From: Acaryochloris marina MBIC11017
Lineage (GTDB): Bacteria > Cyanobacteriota > Cyanobacteriia > Thermosynechococcales > Thermosynechococcaceae
DNA: 32,000 nt
Reading direction: 5' to 3'
NCBI RefSeq assembly: GCF_000018105.1
Contig: NC_009928.1
Location: 240,001-272,000, forward strand
Position numbers and translations under genes: made by a program
Shown: positions 22,113-30,861 of the stretch, one piece after another
How positions within the stretch are numbered: position 1 is the stretch's first letter
Layout: each line of letters begins with the position of its first letter
The notes under the pieces: model-generated
Databases searched by the model: none
What the model saw: only the letters and a program-made list of their open reading frames with translations
What the model was told of the DNA's origin: nothing

Positions 22113-22207
22113 GTAGTACATTCAGAAACATTTTTGTACTATCACGTAGTACTTCCGTAGTTGTTTTGTAGCTTCACTCTGTAGTATTCAGTAGTATCTC
22201 TGTAGTT
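22113..22207 (+). repeat. eight GTAGTA-type hexamers at ~10-11 bp phasing (candidate centromere or relaxosome accessory sites)
   Basis: GTAGTA at 22113, GTACTA at 22136, GTAGTA at 22146, GTAGTT at 22157, GTAGCT at 22168, GTAGTA at 22181, GTAGTA at 22191 and GTAGTT at 22202. All are in the same orientation, in the divergent intergenic region. Confidence 0.7.
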
Positions 22208-22326
22208 TTTATGAGAACGATCACGTTTGTGGTCGATGGAATCGCTTTTTAAAAATTTCACTGCAGTTATTCCCATGCTTAAAACTTTCCTGAAGCGTCT
22301 GAACCGCTGAATCAAAGGCCGATGTC

Positions 22327-25300
22327 ATGAAGACGATGCGGACCATCTATGGAGAGATGATTGACTATTACGATGAGGATGAATCTCTCGTAGATGCTCC
22401 AGAGCGCTATTACAGCGAATCCGAGGTTATCACTGACATCGACCGCATGAGTACCGCTGTCTGGGTCGGCTCCAACGCGATTGTTCAAAAGTTAGGCACC
22501 TACGTTAAACGAGAGGACTTTAAAGCCCTCAGTCGAGGATTTCTGCCTGAATCCTTAAAGAGTGTCGCGGGTGGTGCAGTCCAACGGATTCGGGGCAAGA
22601 AACCCAACGAAGAAGACAAAGAACGCCTTGCCCATGACCTGGTGCTGTCTGCGCCTAAAAGTGTGTCGATGGCCCTGCACTTAGAGGGGGACAACCGGAT
22701 CTTTGATGCCCACATGGAGGCAGTTCTCGAAACCTTTGAGTTGCTTGAACGCGAGTATGCCCAGACCCGAATTCAAGTAAACGGGGTGCGCTCCGTCGTC
22801 GATACGGGCAATATGATTGCTGCATTGATGCCTCATCACACGTCTCGCGATGGAGACATGCAGCTCCACACCCACATGCTGATCATGAATGGCACTGAGG
22901 GGCCAGATGGTCGGTGGCGCTCCCTCTCTCATGAAAAGCTGGCTCAGGCCAAGTGGATCGGCAGCTTCTACCGTCAGAAGTTAGCTGAGAAAGTTCAACG
23001 GCTGGGCTATCGCATCTATCAAACCAAGGATGCATTTGAGCTAGTGGGCTACGACCGTTCTGATGTCGAAGTCTTTTCTAAGCGTCACCGGGCCATCGTC
23101 AAAGCGGTTCAGAAAGAGGGGCTAGAAGTTACTCCTGAGAATAAGAAGCTGAAGGTACTCCCCACTCGCAAAGCTAAGCGGGGTGTGGGCAAAAAGCTCG
23201 AAATCATCCAAGACCATTGGAGAGAAGAAGCCCGCTCTCAAGGGGTGGGTCATCCGGTTTTGGCTGAACCTCTGGCTGTAATGCCTGACCCAGACCGAGC
23301 CAGGTATGAGGTTGAAAGTGCTATTCGCCATTATGCGGAGTGGTCCTCAATCTTTGAGAAGGACGACATCTATGCCTATGTCTTCAAGACCCTCAAACGT
23401 CAAGGCATGGCTATGGAACAGGTGGATGAGGCCATCAAGCAAAGCAAGGAACTGATCCCCGTTGACCGTGGATTCACCACCGTCACTGCCGTTGAAGAAG
23501 AAGCCCAGATCCACCAGCGCTGGATGGAGGGCCAAGGTCAAGCTCAGCCGATGGTCGCTCATCCTTCCCTTTTGGGGATTAGCGTTGAGCTGAATGAAGA
23601 CCAGGCCAAGGCCATACTCAATACCCTCTCCAGCTCTGACCGTTACCAAATCTGGCAGGGCTTTCCAGGGGTGGGCAAATCTCGCACATTGGGGGTACTC
23701 AAGACTTTACTCAATGGATCTGGCTTAAGTATTCGGGGATTCAGCCCCACGATTCCAGCCGCAAAGAAGCTCCAGGATGAGCTTGGAATCACGACCAATA
23801 CCGTTGAGCATCTAGTTCTACATAAAGTTGAGGACAGCCCCAATCAAGTCTGGCTGATTGATGAAGCGGGCATGATGAGCCGACGACAGATGAAGGTGAT
23901 TCTGGAGAAAGCTGAACCCATTGGGGCACAAGTCATCTTCGTAGGGGATGCAGGTCAAAACTCTGCGATTGAGGCAGGCAATCCCTTCAAGTTCATGCAG
24001 GCCAATGGAGCCACCACCCATCGGATTGAGGAGATTGTCAGGCAAAAAGTTGATGTCCAAAAGCAGGCCGTTGAACTGATTGCTAGAGGCAGAGGAATTG
24101 CAGCACTAGAACTCCTCGATGCTAATGGATATGTGATTGAGTCGGGCTGTAAAGCGGAAATGGCCCAAGCCGCAGCAGATCAGTTCCTCGCACTCCCCCT
24201 CAAAGAACAAGAGGAAACCCTGATTATCGCTGGCACCAATGAGGAACGACTCGATACGGAGCAAGCCATTCGTTGGGGTGAGAAACAAGCGGGACGGCTA
24301 GGGGAATCCAGCAAGATTGTTCAGCTCAAGTCTCGCAACCTGAGTATCGAACAAAAGCGACGGGCGGATTGGTATCGAAAAGGGGATTACGTTCGGCTAC
24401 TGCAAACATCGAAGACATCATCCATCAAACGGGGACAGCTCTACAAGGTGGAGAAGCGAGAGGGAGATGAGCTGGTGGTATCTTCCTTTGGCGGTCGGCT
24501 CTATCGATTCAAACCCGCGAAATACAAACTAAAGGAGGTCTACAGTGCCCATAAATTTGATGTGGCCGTTGGAGATAAGTTGCGGTGGACGACAACGATC
24601 AAAGAAAACAACTGGATTAACGGTCAGCAGCTCACGGTCACCGCCCTCGATGGCTTGAATATGAAGGTCAGGGACCATGAGGGACGTTCCCATGATGTGC
24701 CACTGACGCAACCGCTTGCCTTGGAGTATGACCGGGTGTGGACTTCCTACCGCTCCCAGAGTGGCACGAAGAAACGGACGATTGTCATCACCACGAATGA
24801 CCGGACCTCAAGCCGAGAGCCGTTCCTCGTCGATATTTCCCGACAAGAACATGAATTGACTGTCTATACCGAGAGCCTGAACAAACTCAGAAACCGAGTC
24901 GCCAAATCCAATGCTCAAAAAAGTGCTTTAGATCTAATCGAGGGAACCTATGGAAACCAACGAACAACAACAACAGAACGTCAACAATCAACAGCAGATC
25001 ATCAACAATCAACAGCAGATCATCAACGAGCTTCGAGTCCAGTTAGCCCCACTCACGGACGCGATCACCATCTTGACCAATCAAGTCGAAGAGGTCCAAA
25101 CTCAGAACCAACACATCCTCGACGAAAACAGAGAACTCAAGTCCCAGGTCAGGGAGCGGATCAACACCATCCCAATGGAAGTCAAAGCCGTTCTCAACCT
25201 ATTTATCCAGGAGTTCAAGGAGGCGATGGCATCCAAGAAACCCTCGGATATGAGCGAGAGCATCAAGGAACTCGCCAAGGCAATGGACAACTTAAGGATG

Positions 25301-27936
25301 AAAATCGAGGATACCAGCGTGTTGCAGTTGACGATGAGCGACAAGGTATTGGAGGCCGCAGAGGAAATTATGCAGATCAAGAACAAGCTCCCCCGACACG
25401 CCCCACCCAAGACGGTCGCTCAACAGAATGGGGGTCAACCTCCTCAGACCTAGCAAACTGGGTGATGCAATGGTCTGAGGAGCAAGAGCTTGCAGCAAGT
25501 GGGTTAGGTGAACACCTGCTAGCCCTCTCTCAAAGCATAAACAGACTGAGTGAAAATCTCGATAATGTTTCTTTTAATGGCCTGGGCGAATTGGCTGAAG
25601 TCGTAGTAAGGGAGCTAGAACAACAAGCCCTCGCCCAGAACCTTACTCATATTGCCCAATCCATTGACCAGATTGACCAGACCATCGAACAGACGGTTAG
25701 ACAGCAAAGGATCAGGAGCATTGCCGATGCTGTCACAGAATGGCGAACGGGCCAGGAGCTGGCAAATGCCGTCACCGAAATGGTGAATGTCCTGACTCAG
25801 GGCACTGAAGGGCTAGACCGGGCAATCATCCGACTCCAAGCCGGGATTGAAGCCACCCAATCTCTGGATGTCCAATTCCCCGCAATGGCTGAATTGGTCG
25901 ATGCCGTTCATGATTGGCAAACTGAGGTGGAAGTCTCTGCGGTCATGGGCGAAGTGCAGGACTTGGTTGCGTCAATCACGGTGCCCCAATTCCTGGGCAT
26001 GGATGACCTGGCTCAGGATGTCCATGCCCTCAACGAAGAACAAGCCTTGGCTGAGAGTGGCTTGATTGAGCAGTTAGCTGAGTTGACCACTCAGATTAAC
26101 GAGTTGGTTGAACCCCAGCAAGTTCAGTTTGAGGGCATAACTCAGTTGGCCGAAGTGGTGAGCGAACTCCAGCAGGGGCAATCCCTCGCTCAGGTGCAAC
26201 CTCAGCTCCAGGCCATCACCCAGCAGATTGAAGCGTTTAACGCCAAGCAACCCACTTTTTCTTTTGCCAGAATCAAGGAGCTGGCCGATACCGTCAGTGA
26301 ATGGAGGGCACATGAGTCCATTGCTCAGCACATTGGCGCACTCAATGATCTAACCGTTCGCGCTCAACGAAGTCTGAGAATCTTCCCAGCTATGCTGCAA
26401 TTGGCTAAATCCGTGAAGGCGATGCGCTCAGTGGATGCACTCATGAATGGGCCAGTCGCAAATCAGCTCAAGGAAGTCGCCCAACAGTTGACAGACAAGG
26501 GAATAAGCGTCACTCCTAAGCCCAAAACCATTGATGATCAGGTGTTCTGGACACCCGACTATGAGGGAGTGGCGCGGCCAGACTACATTGATGAAAAACA
26601 CTGGAATGAATGGGTGTCTAGTTGTGCCCATCCTGATGTGATTGCCGCTCGGCTCCAATCCATCGCCGATGATCAGGTGATTGATCGGTTGCTGGGAGCC
26701 AAGATTGAAGACATCGCCACTCGTAGACGGGATGGGTCTTTCAAGACGGTTCGTACTCAATATCCCATTAAAGCGATTCGGTCTTTGATTAATGAGCGGT
26801 CTCATCCTGAAGTGTTGAGCTATCAAGAGCTAGCTGAAGGTGGGGGCTGGTGGGCTGATGCTGGAGTGGATCCGCTGTCCTTTGAAGAACTTGGCCCCAA
26901 TGAGGAACCCACACTGAGTCTATATGGAACGTTTAAACCTGATACTCCCCGCATTGACGTAGACAAGACCCGCAGAGCTAGGGCTAAAAACCCCAATGCC
27001 CCAACCAAATATCGCAAGTATGAGAATCCATTGGGAACCAAGCGCGAATTGTTCGAGCGAGACATGGCATTCCAACCCGTCCCAGACCATATCGCTGAGC
27101 GGATCTTTGCCAAGTATGGTGTCACCCAAACCCAGGAGGAGAAAGCCAAGGGATTCTGGTACACGGTCTACAAGCATCCTGAGATTCCCATCTACCGGAC
27201 TGAAGGCGATAAAAAAGATGCGGCATTAGTCTCTCAAGGAAGAGTCGTCATTGGTGGTCAGGGGGTCAACATCGGCTATCGGGCCAAGAACCAGCACGAT
27301 GAAAAGCTCGAAAGAAGAGTACTGCACCCTCAGCTAGACGTGTTTGCGGTTCCAGGCAGAGAGTTCAGGTATGCCCATGACTGGGATTCTGAGCAGTCCA
27401 CGGTCTGGAACGTTCGCCGTGAAATGGTCAGAGAGGCTGAACTCATTGAAGAAAGAGACTGCAAGACATGGAGAATTCCTTGGGATTCTGAGAAAGGGAA
27501 AGGCGTCGATGACCTGATCGCTAATCATGGCCCCATCGCCTTTGAGCGGGCCGACAAGAATGCCTATCCGATGGAGCGGGAAATCACGATGCACTATCGG
27601 GGCCAGTACACCCAGATTAAGAAGCGATTAAATCGTCACTTTGGATGCGCGGTCCACGATATTCCCATTTACCTAGAAGCGATGAAGGATGGGGACGAGA
27701 TGGATGGCATTCGGGTCCTATGGGAGTCTTCCACTGCCCGGTCCTTCCAGCATTACCATGACAAGCAGCACTATATCGAGGGCATCATCAAACTCTCGGA
27801 TGCCTATCGTAGACTCGTCAGAAAAGACGGTGACCCCAAGGCCATGCAAATCCTCGTCAACAGACTAAAAAAGCCCCGACCCATTATCAAGGTCGAGGCC
27901 AGAAGTCGGAATATAAAACGAGGCTATGGACGTTAG
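22327..27936 (+). CDS. MOBF-type conjugative relaxase (TrwC/TraI-like) fused to a RecD-like helicase, a helical-repeat linker and a C-terminal DUF3854/Toprim domain, 1869 aa
   Basis: The N-terminal Tyr pairs (IDYYDE...ERYYSE) and HHTSRDGDMQLHTHMLIMN resemble the F TraI HDTSRDQEPQLHTH motif. Walker A is GFPGVGKS, Walker B WLIDEAGMM, followed by FVGDAGQNSAIEAGNPF. The C-terminal Toprim-like motifs are PIYRTEGDKKDAAL..G..VIGGQGV, HDWDSE and GKGVDDLI. Confidence 0.9.
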   Translation: MKTMRTIYGEMIDYYDEDESLVDAPERYYSESEVITDIDRMSTAVWVGSNAIVQKLGTYVKREDFKALSRGFLPESLKSVAGGAVQRIRGKKPNEEDKERLAHDLVLSAPKSVSMALHLEGDNRIFDAHMEAVLETFELLEREYAQTRIQVNGVRSVVDTGNMIAALMPHHTSRDGDMQLHTHMLIMNGTEGPDGRWRSLSHEKLAQAKWIGSFYRQKLAEKVQRLGYRIYQTKDAFELVGYDRSDVEVFSKRHRAIVKAVQKEGLEVTPENKKLKVLPTRKAKRGVGKKLEIIQDHWREEARSQGVGHPVLAEPLAVMPDPDRARYEVESAIRHYAEWSSIFEKDDIYAYVFKTLKRQGMAMEQVDEAIKQSKELIPVDRGFTTVTAVEEEAQIHQRWMEGQGQAQPMVAHPSLLGISVELNEDQAKAILNTLSSSDRYQIWQGFPGVGKSRTLGVLKTLLNGSGLSIRGFSPTIPAAKKLQDELGITTNTVEHLVLHKVEDSPNQVWLIDEAGMMSRRQMKVILEKAEPIGAQVIFVGDAGQNSAIEAGNPFKFMQANGATTHRIEEIVRQKVDVQKQAVELIARGRGIAALELLDANGYVIESGCKAEMAQAAADQFLALPLKEQEETLIIAGTNEERLDTEQAIRWGEKQAGRLGESSKIVQLKSRNLSIEQKRRADWYRKGDYVRLLQTSKTSSIKRGQLYKVEKREGDELVVSSFGGRLYRFKPAKYKLKEVYSAHKFDVAVGDKLRWTTTIKENNWINGQQLTVTALDGLNMKVRDHEGRSHDVPLTQPLALEYDRVWTSYRSQSGTKKRTIVITTNDRTSSREPFLVDISRQEHELTVYTESLNKLRNRVAKSNAQKSALDLIEGTYGNQRTTTTERQQSTADHQQSTADHQRASSPVSPTHGRDHHLDQSSRRGPNSEPTHPRRKQRTQVPGQGADQHHPNGSQSRSQPIYPGVQGGDGIQETLGYEREHQGTRQGNGQLKDENRGYQRVAVDDERQGIGGRRGNYADQEQAPPTRPTQDGRSTEWGSTSSDLANWVMQWSEEQELAASGLGEHLLALSQSINRLSENLDNVSFNGLGELAEVVVRELEQQALAQNLTHIAQSIDQIDQTIEQTVRQQRIRSIADAVTEWRTGQELANAVTEMVNVLTQGTEGLDRAIIRLQAGIEATQSLDVQFPAMAELVDAVHDWQTEVEVSAVMGEVQDLVASITVPQFLGMDDLAQDVHALNEEQALAESGLIEQLAELTTQINELVEPQQVQFEGITQLAEVVSELQQGQSLAQVQPQLQAITQQIEAFNAKQPTFSFARIKELADTVSEWRAHESIAQHIGALNDLTVRAQRSLRIFPAMLQLAKSVKAMRSVDALMNGPVANQLKEVAQQLTDKGISVTPKPKTIDDQVFWTPDYEGVARPDYIDEKHWNEWVSSCAHPDVIAARLQSIADDQVIDRLLGAKIEDIATRRRDGSFKTVRTQYPIKAIRSLINERSHPEVLSYQELAEGGGWWADAGVDPLSFEELGPNEEPTLSLYGTFKPDTPRIDVDKTRRARAKNPNAPTKYRKYENPLGTKRELFERDMAFQPVPDHIAERIFAKYGVTQTQEEKAKGFWYTVYKHPEIPIYRTEGDKKDAALVSQGRVVIGGQGVNIGYRAKNQHDEKLERRVLHPQLDVFAVPGREFRYAHDWDSEQSTVWNVRREMVREAELIEERDCKTWRIPWDSEKGKGVDDLIANHGPIAFERADKNAYPMEREITMHYRGQYTQIKKRLNRHFGCAVHDIPIYLEAMKDGDEMDGIRVLWESSTARSFQHYHDKQHYIEGIIKLSDAYRRLVRKDGDPKAMQILVNRLKKPRPIIKVEARSRNIKRGYGR
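24950..25453 (+). CDS. embedded alternate-frame ORF, 167 aa, Q/N-rich head plus coiled coil
   Basis: ATG with GAGGGA 5-10 nt upstream. A frame-2 stop lies only 15 nt upstream of the ATG. Its translation is far more protein-like than the host frame over the same 500 nt. It ends exactly where the host frame becomes protein-like again. Confidence 0.35.
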   Translation: METNEQQQQNVNNQQQIINNQQQIINELRVQLAPLTDAITILTNQVEEVQTQNQHILDENRELKSQVRERINTIPMEVKAVLNLFIQEFKEAMASKKPSDMSESIKELAKAMDNLRMKIEDTSVLQLTMSDKVLEAAEEIMQIKNKLPRHAPPKTVAQQNGGQPPQT

Positions 27937-28133
27937 TCTACACGACGGGAGTTAATCACCGTACCACCGTAAGGACTAATCCAATCAGACCCCGGCATGG
28001 GAGGTGGGCCTGGAACAATCTCAGTGCGCCTCCAACCAGATCTATCTTCAATTTCTATGAGGCTCCGTTCTTGAGGTTTGCGGTTTTCTGGAAAGACTCG
28101 GCTTTGAATATCGTCTGAATAAATTTCTGACAT
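27933..28133 (-). CDS. hypothetical protein, 66 aa
   Basis: AAGGAG lies 7 nt upstream of the ATG at 28133. It is the last gene of the minus-strand transfer operon. Its stop overlaps the relaxase stop by 4 nt. Confidence 0.5.
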   Translation of the reverse strand: MSEIYSDDIQSRVFPENRKPQERSLIEIEDRSGWRRTEIVPGPPPMPGSDWISPYGGTVINSRRVD

Positions 28134-28193
28134 CGGATTTCTCCTTAATTTGAGTTACAACGTGAAACTGATTCGAGAGAATATGCCACCCCT

Positions 28194-30452
28194 TTATCGG
28201 GACATGGAAACTTCTCGTTTGGGCTGTTCTTTCTCCTCAACGGGGGGACGAGCATTGTTCTTTTTAATCCTGGCAATGAGCTTGCTTGAATCTAGGCCTT
28301 TCTCTCGCCTCCGATTAATCGTATCTTTCTGTTCTTGAGTGAAGCCCGCTAGCTCATCCTGGCTTTCTGCGGTGGGACTCTCATTCTGAGATTGGGTATT
28401 TTTGGACTCTACATTTATTTTCTCATCCCCAGATTTCTGATTTTGAGAATCTGGTTTGGGTTCCTCAACCTCAGCCTGCTCATCTTGCGCTTTTGGCTTC
28501 GGAGCCTCTGTCTCAGCCTTCTGGCTTTTTGCTTCGCCTTGCTGCTCTTGATTATCCTTTGGCATGTCAGCCTCAGCTTTTAGGTCTTTCCCAGCGAGAT
28601 TATAGCGATCTGGAAGCGCAATACCATTTTGGATTCTGAGAACCGTGCGAGTGCCCAATTTAATCGTCAGCGTCCCTTTGAAATTCTCAGGGTTTTTGAG
28701 GGCATCCTGAATCATCTGAGCCTGCTCTAAATTGACGGAACTGCGATTGTGGTCAATCATTCCATCACCATCAAGCCGAAATATCTCTTGTCGATTCAAA
28801 ATAACTCGCAGATTGCTAATCTCAATGCTACGACCCAGCTTTTCAACGATATCCTCATTGATCATGCGGAGTGGGTCAAGGTCTTCAGATTCCGAGGTTT
28901 TCGCTTTCGGTGCTTCCGCTTCAGGTGCTTGAGAGGGTTCAGACCTTTCTGGTTCTGAGGAGTTGCGGACCACAGCCCTAGCCTCCTCCTCACTCATGCC
29001 TTCCTCTTGACCTTGCATCACGACCAGCTCGTCATAGTATTCCTGCAACTGCGGATCTTCGCTGATGTATTCTTGAATGTCAGCATAGGTCAGCTCTTCG
29101 TCCAGGGCTTTAGACAACAGCTCCGCATATTGGTCTTGGCTTGTGGGGGCATTCTGTACCTCTGCCCCCTGCTCAAAGGCATCATAGTTGGCCTCAGTGG
29201 TGACGAGTTTCTGAACGTCCTCAATGTCCATCCCATTAACAGCAGCTTGAGCCACCACCTTCTGATCCAGCTCACTCAATAACGTTGGTTTCTCACTGAG
29301 GCGAGACTGAATATCCTCCCAGGTCAGATCTGGATTCTTCTCAAATTCACCCAGTAGCTGGGAATATTGCTGTTGGGCGTCCGTTGATAGTTCGACCGAG
29401 GGATTCACGACAGAAGCATTCACTTCCAATACTGTTTGAGCTTCAGGCTCCTGGTTCAGCTCCTGATTAACTTCTGGGGTGGGGTTCTCTAGTTTGTATT
29501 GCGCCTCCACTGACTTTGCTGTCTCAGCTAGATAAACAGAGGTATCTTGAAGCTTCGCGTCAGCCATCTGAGATACATTCGGTCCCTGTGAGATAATCGC
29601 GGTTGCTTCATCCGGGCCTTTCCCTGCTTTGAGCGCTTGGTAGAAGACTTGCTTGTCATAGTCAGCTCCTAAGTCGGGCTGATTTTGGAGAGTCTCCTGA
29701 ATACGCTCATAGGTGAGATTGGGGTCATTCTGTTGCTCAGATAGGATCTTTACATATTCATCTCGTCGCTCCATATCGCGCTCTGTGGGGATGGAGGCTT
29801 GGTTCTGTGCTTCAGCCATTGTTGCTTGTCTCCTTTGTACGGTTTCCATTGCACTACGAACGTTCTGCTGCACTTGCTCTGGCAGCTTGCTCAATGTTTC
29901 CTCAAACCAATCCTTGGCCCGATTGATGTAGTGATTCGTCATCCTCCACATATGGACCACGGGACGAGCTACCACGGTAGGAATGCCCTGTCTGGCATAG
30001 CTAATGGCAAGTTTGCCTGTATCAATCATGCTTTTCCCGATCACCGTCGGAGCGGCAAACCCGCTCAAGGGCCGTGCCCAAGCATCCGTCTTTGCGAGGA
30101 GATCTGGGATTCTGACTTTCGCCCAATCGTCAAACGCCCTTTGACGGAACCAATGGGTTAAACCCGGTTGGATCTGGCTGGACATCTCGGCAAACTGATT
30201 CGTGAGCCGTGTTTCGGTAAAGTCATGGATACTGGAGTGCATCCAGTGAGTGGCTTGACCCACGGCACCCGCGACGAAGGGGCCAACGATGGGGGTATGG
30301 GTCGCTGCCACGGCTACTCCTGGCACTGCTGCCATCTGAATCCCTTTCTTAGCCACACGCATTAAGGGAGCCGCTTGGAAAAAGAGTTGTTCTTCCTCCC
30401 TGAGTTCTTGATATTTTTTGCTGATGAAATTCTGAAATTCAAGTTTTTCCAC
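28194..30452 (-). CDS. 752-aa E/Q/K-rich protein with an N-terminal hydrophobic segment and three ~62-aa internal repeats
   Basis: GTG start with GGAG ~11 nt upstream. The repeats are at aa 229-292, 359-422 and 439-500, with the pattern .Y..LL.....P.LT(Y/W)E.IQ..L...P.L....D..V..QA...G...EEA. No family recognised. Confidence 0.75.
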   Translation of the reverse strand: MEKLEFQNFISKKYQELREEEQLFFQAAPLMRVAKKGIQMAAVPGVAVAATHTPIVGPFVAGAVGQATHWMHSSIHDFTETRLTNQFAEMSSQIQPGLTHWFRQRAFDDWAKVRIPDLLAKTDAWARPLSGFAAPTVIGKSMIDTGKLAISYARQGIPTVVARPVVHMWRMTNHYINRAKDWFEETLSKLPEQVQQNVRSAMETVQRRQATMAEAQNQASIPTERDMERRDEYVKILSEQQNDPNLTYERIQETLQNQPDLGADYDKQVFYQALKAGKGPDEATAIISQGPNVSQMADAKLQDTSVYLAETAKSVEAQYKLENPTPEVNQELNQEPEAQTVLEVNASVVNPSVELSTDAQQQYSQLLGEFEKNPDLTWEDIQSRLSEKPTLLSELDQKVVAQAAVNGMDIEDVQKLVTTEANYDAFEQGAEVQNAPTSQDQYAELLSKALDEELTYADIQEYISEDPQLQEYYDELVVMQGQEEGMSEEEARAVVRNSSEPERSEPSQAPEAEAPKAKTSESEDLDPLRMINEDIVEKLGRSIEISNLRVILNRQEIFRLDGDGMIDHNRSSVNLEQAQMIQDALKNPENFKGTLTIKLGTRTVLRIQNGIALPDRYNLAGKDLKAEADMPKDNQEQQGEAKSQKAETEAPKPKAQDEQAEVEEPKPDSQNQKSGDEKINVESKNTQSQNESPTAESQDELAGFTQEQKDTINRRREKGLDSSKLIARIKKNNARPPVEEKEQPKREVSMSR

Positions 30453-30504
30453 TGTTCAAGTTCTCCATAGTTAGAGTCCTAAATCGTTGCAAGAGAATGT
30501 ACCG

Positions 30505-30861
30505 CTACCGTCCAAACCCTCGATTTTGGCCTCGGTTCCGATTCTGGGTGAGCTTGTGGCCGTGGGTTTCCACCGCGACTTTGAGCTGGGCACTCTTCAC
30601 ATACCGCTCCGCCATCTTGGTTGGGTCTTGCACTTTCTCGGCATAGTCGCTCATCCGTAGCTTGGTCTTAATCACATCCGTGGGGGTGTTGTTCCGTATC
30701 TCCTGCTTCGCCAGTTCCATTGCCTGTTCAGCGGTCTCGATCTTGACCGCCACTCGCGGCTTGCGGAGGGCGACGGCATTGATGATGACGCTGTTGGTCG
30801 CATTCACGGCCTGCTGGCCGATTTGCAACGCTTCTCTAAATTGCTGTTCTTCGCTACTCAT
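30505..30861 (-). CDS. hypothetical protein, 118 aa
   Basis: An ATGA overlap with the upstream coupling-protein gene suggests translational coupling. The C-terminus is basic. Confidence 0.6.
   Translation of the reverse strand: MSSEEQQFREALQIGQQAVNATNSVIINAVALRKPRVAVKIETAEQAMELAKQEIRNNTPTDVIKTKLRMSDYAEKVQDPTKMAERYVKSAQLKVAVETHGHKLTQNRNRGQNRGFGR

Noticed and set aside
22500-27594. Numerous 60-132-aa minus-strand ORFs inside the relaxase gene
   Set aside because: They are shadow ORFs within a frame carrying relaxase, helicase and Toprim motifs. Only the same-strand +1 ORF at 24950-25453 stood out, and it is reported separately.
28392-30365. Plus-strand ORFs of 61-120 aa antisense to the 752-aa gene
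   Set aside because: Their low-complexity Leu/Phe/Arg/Cys-rich translations mirror the E/K/Q-rich sense frame.
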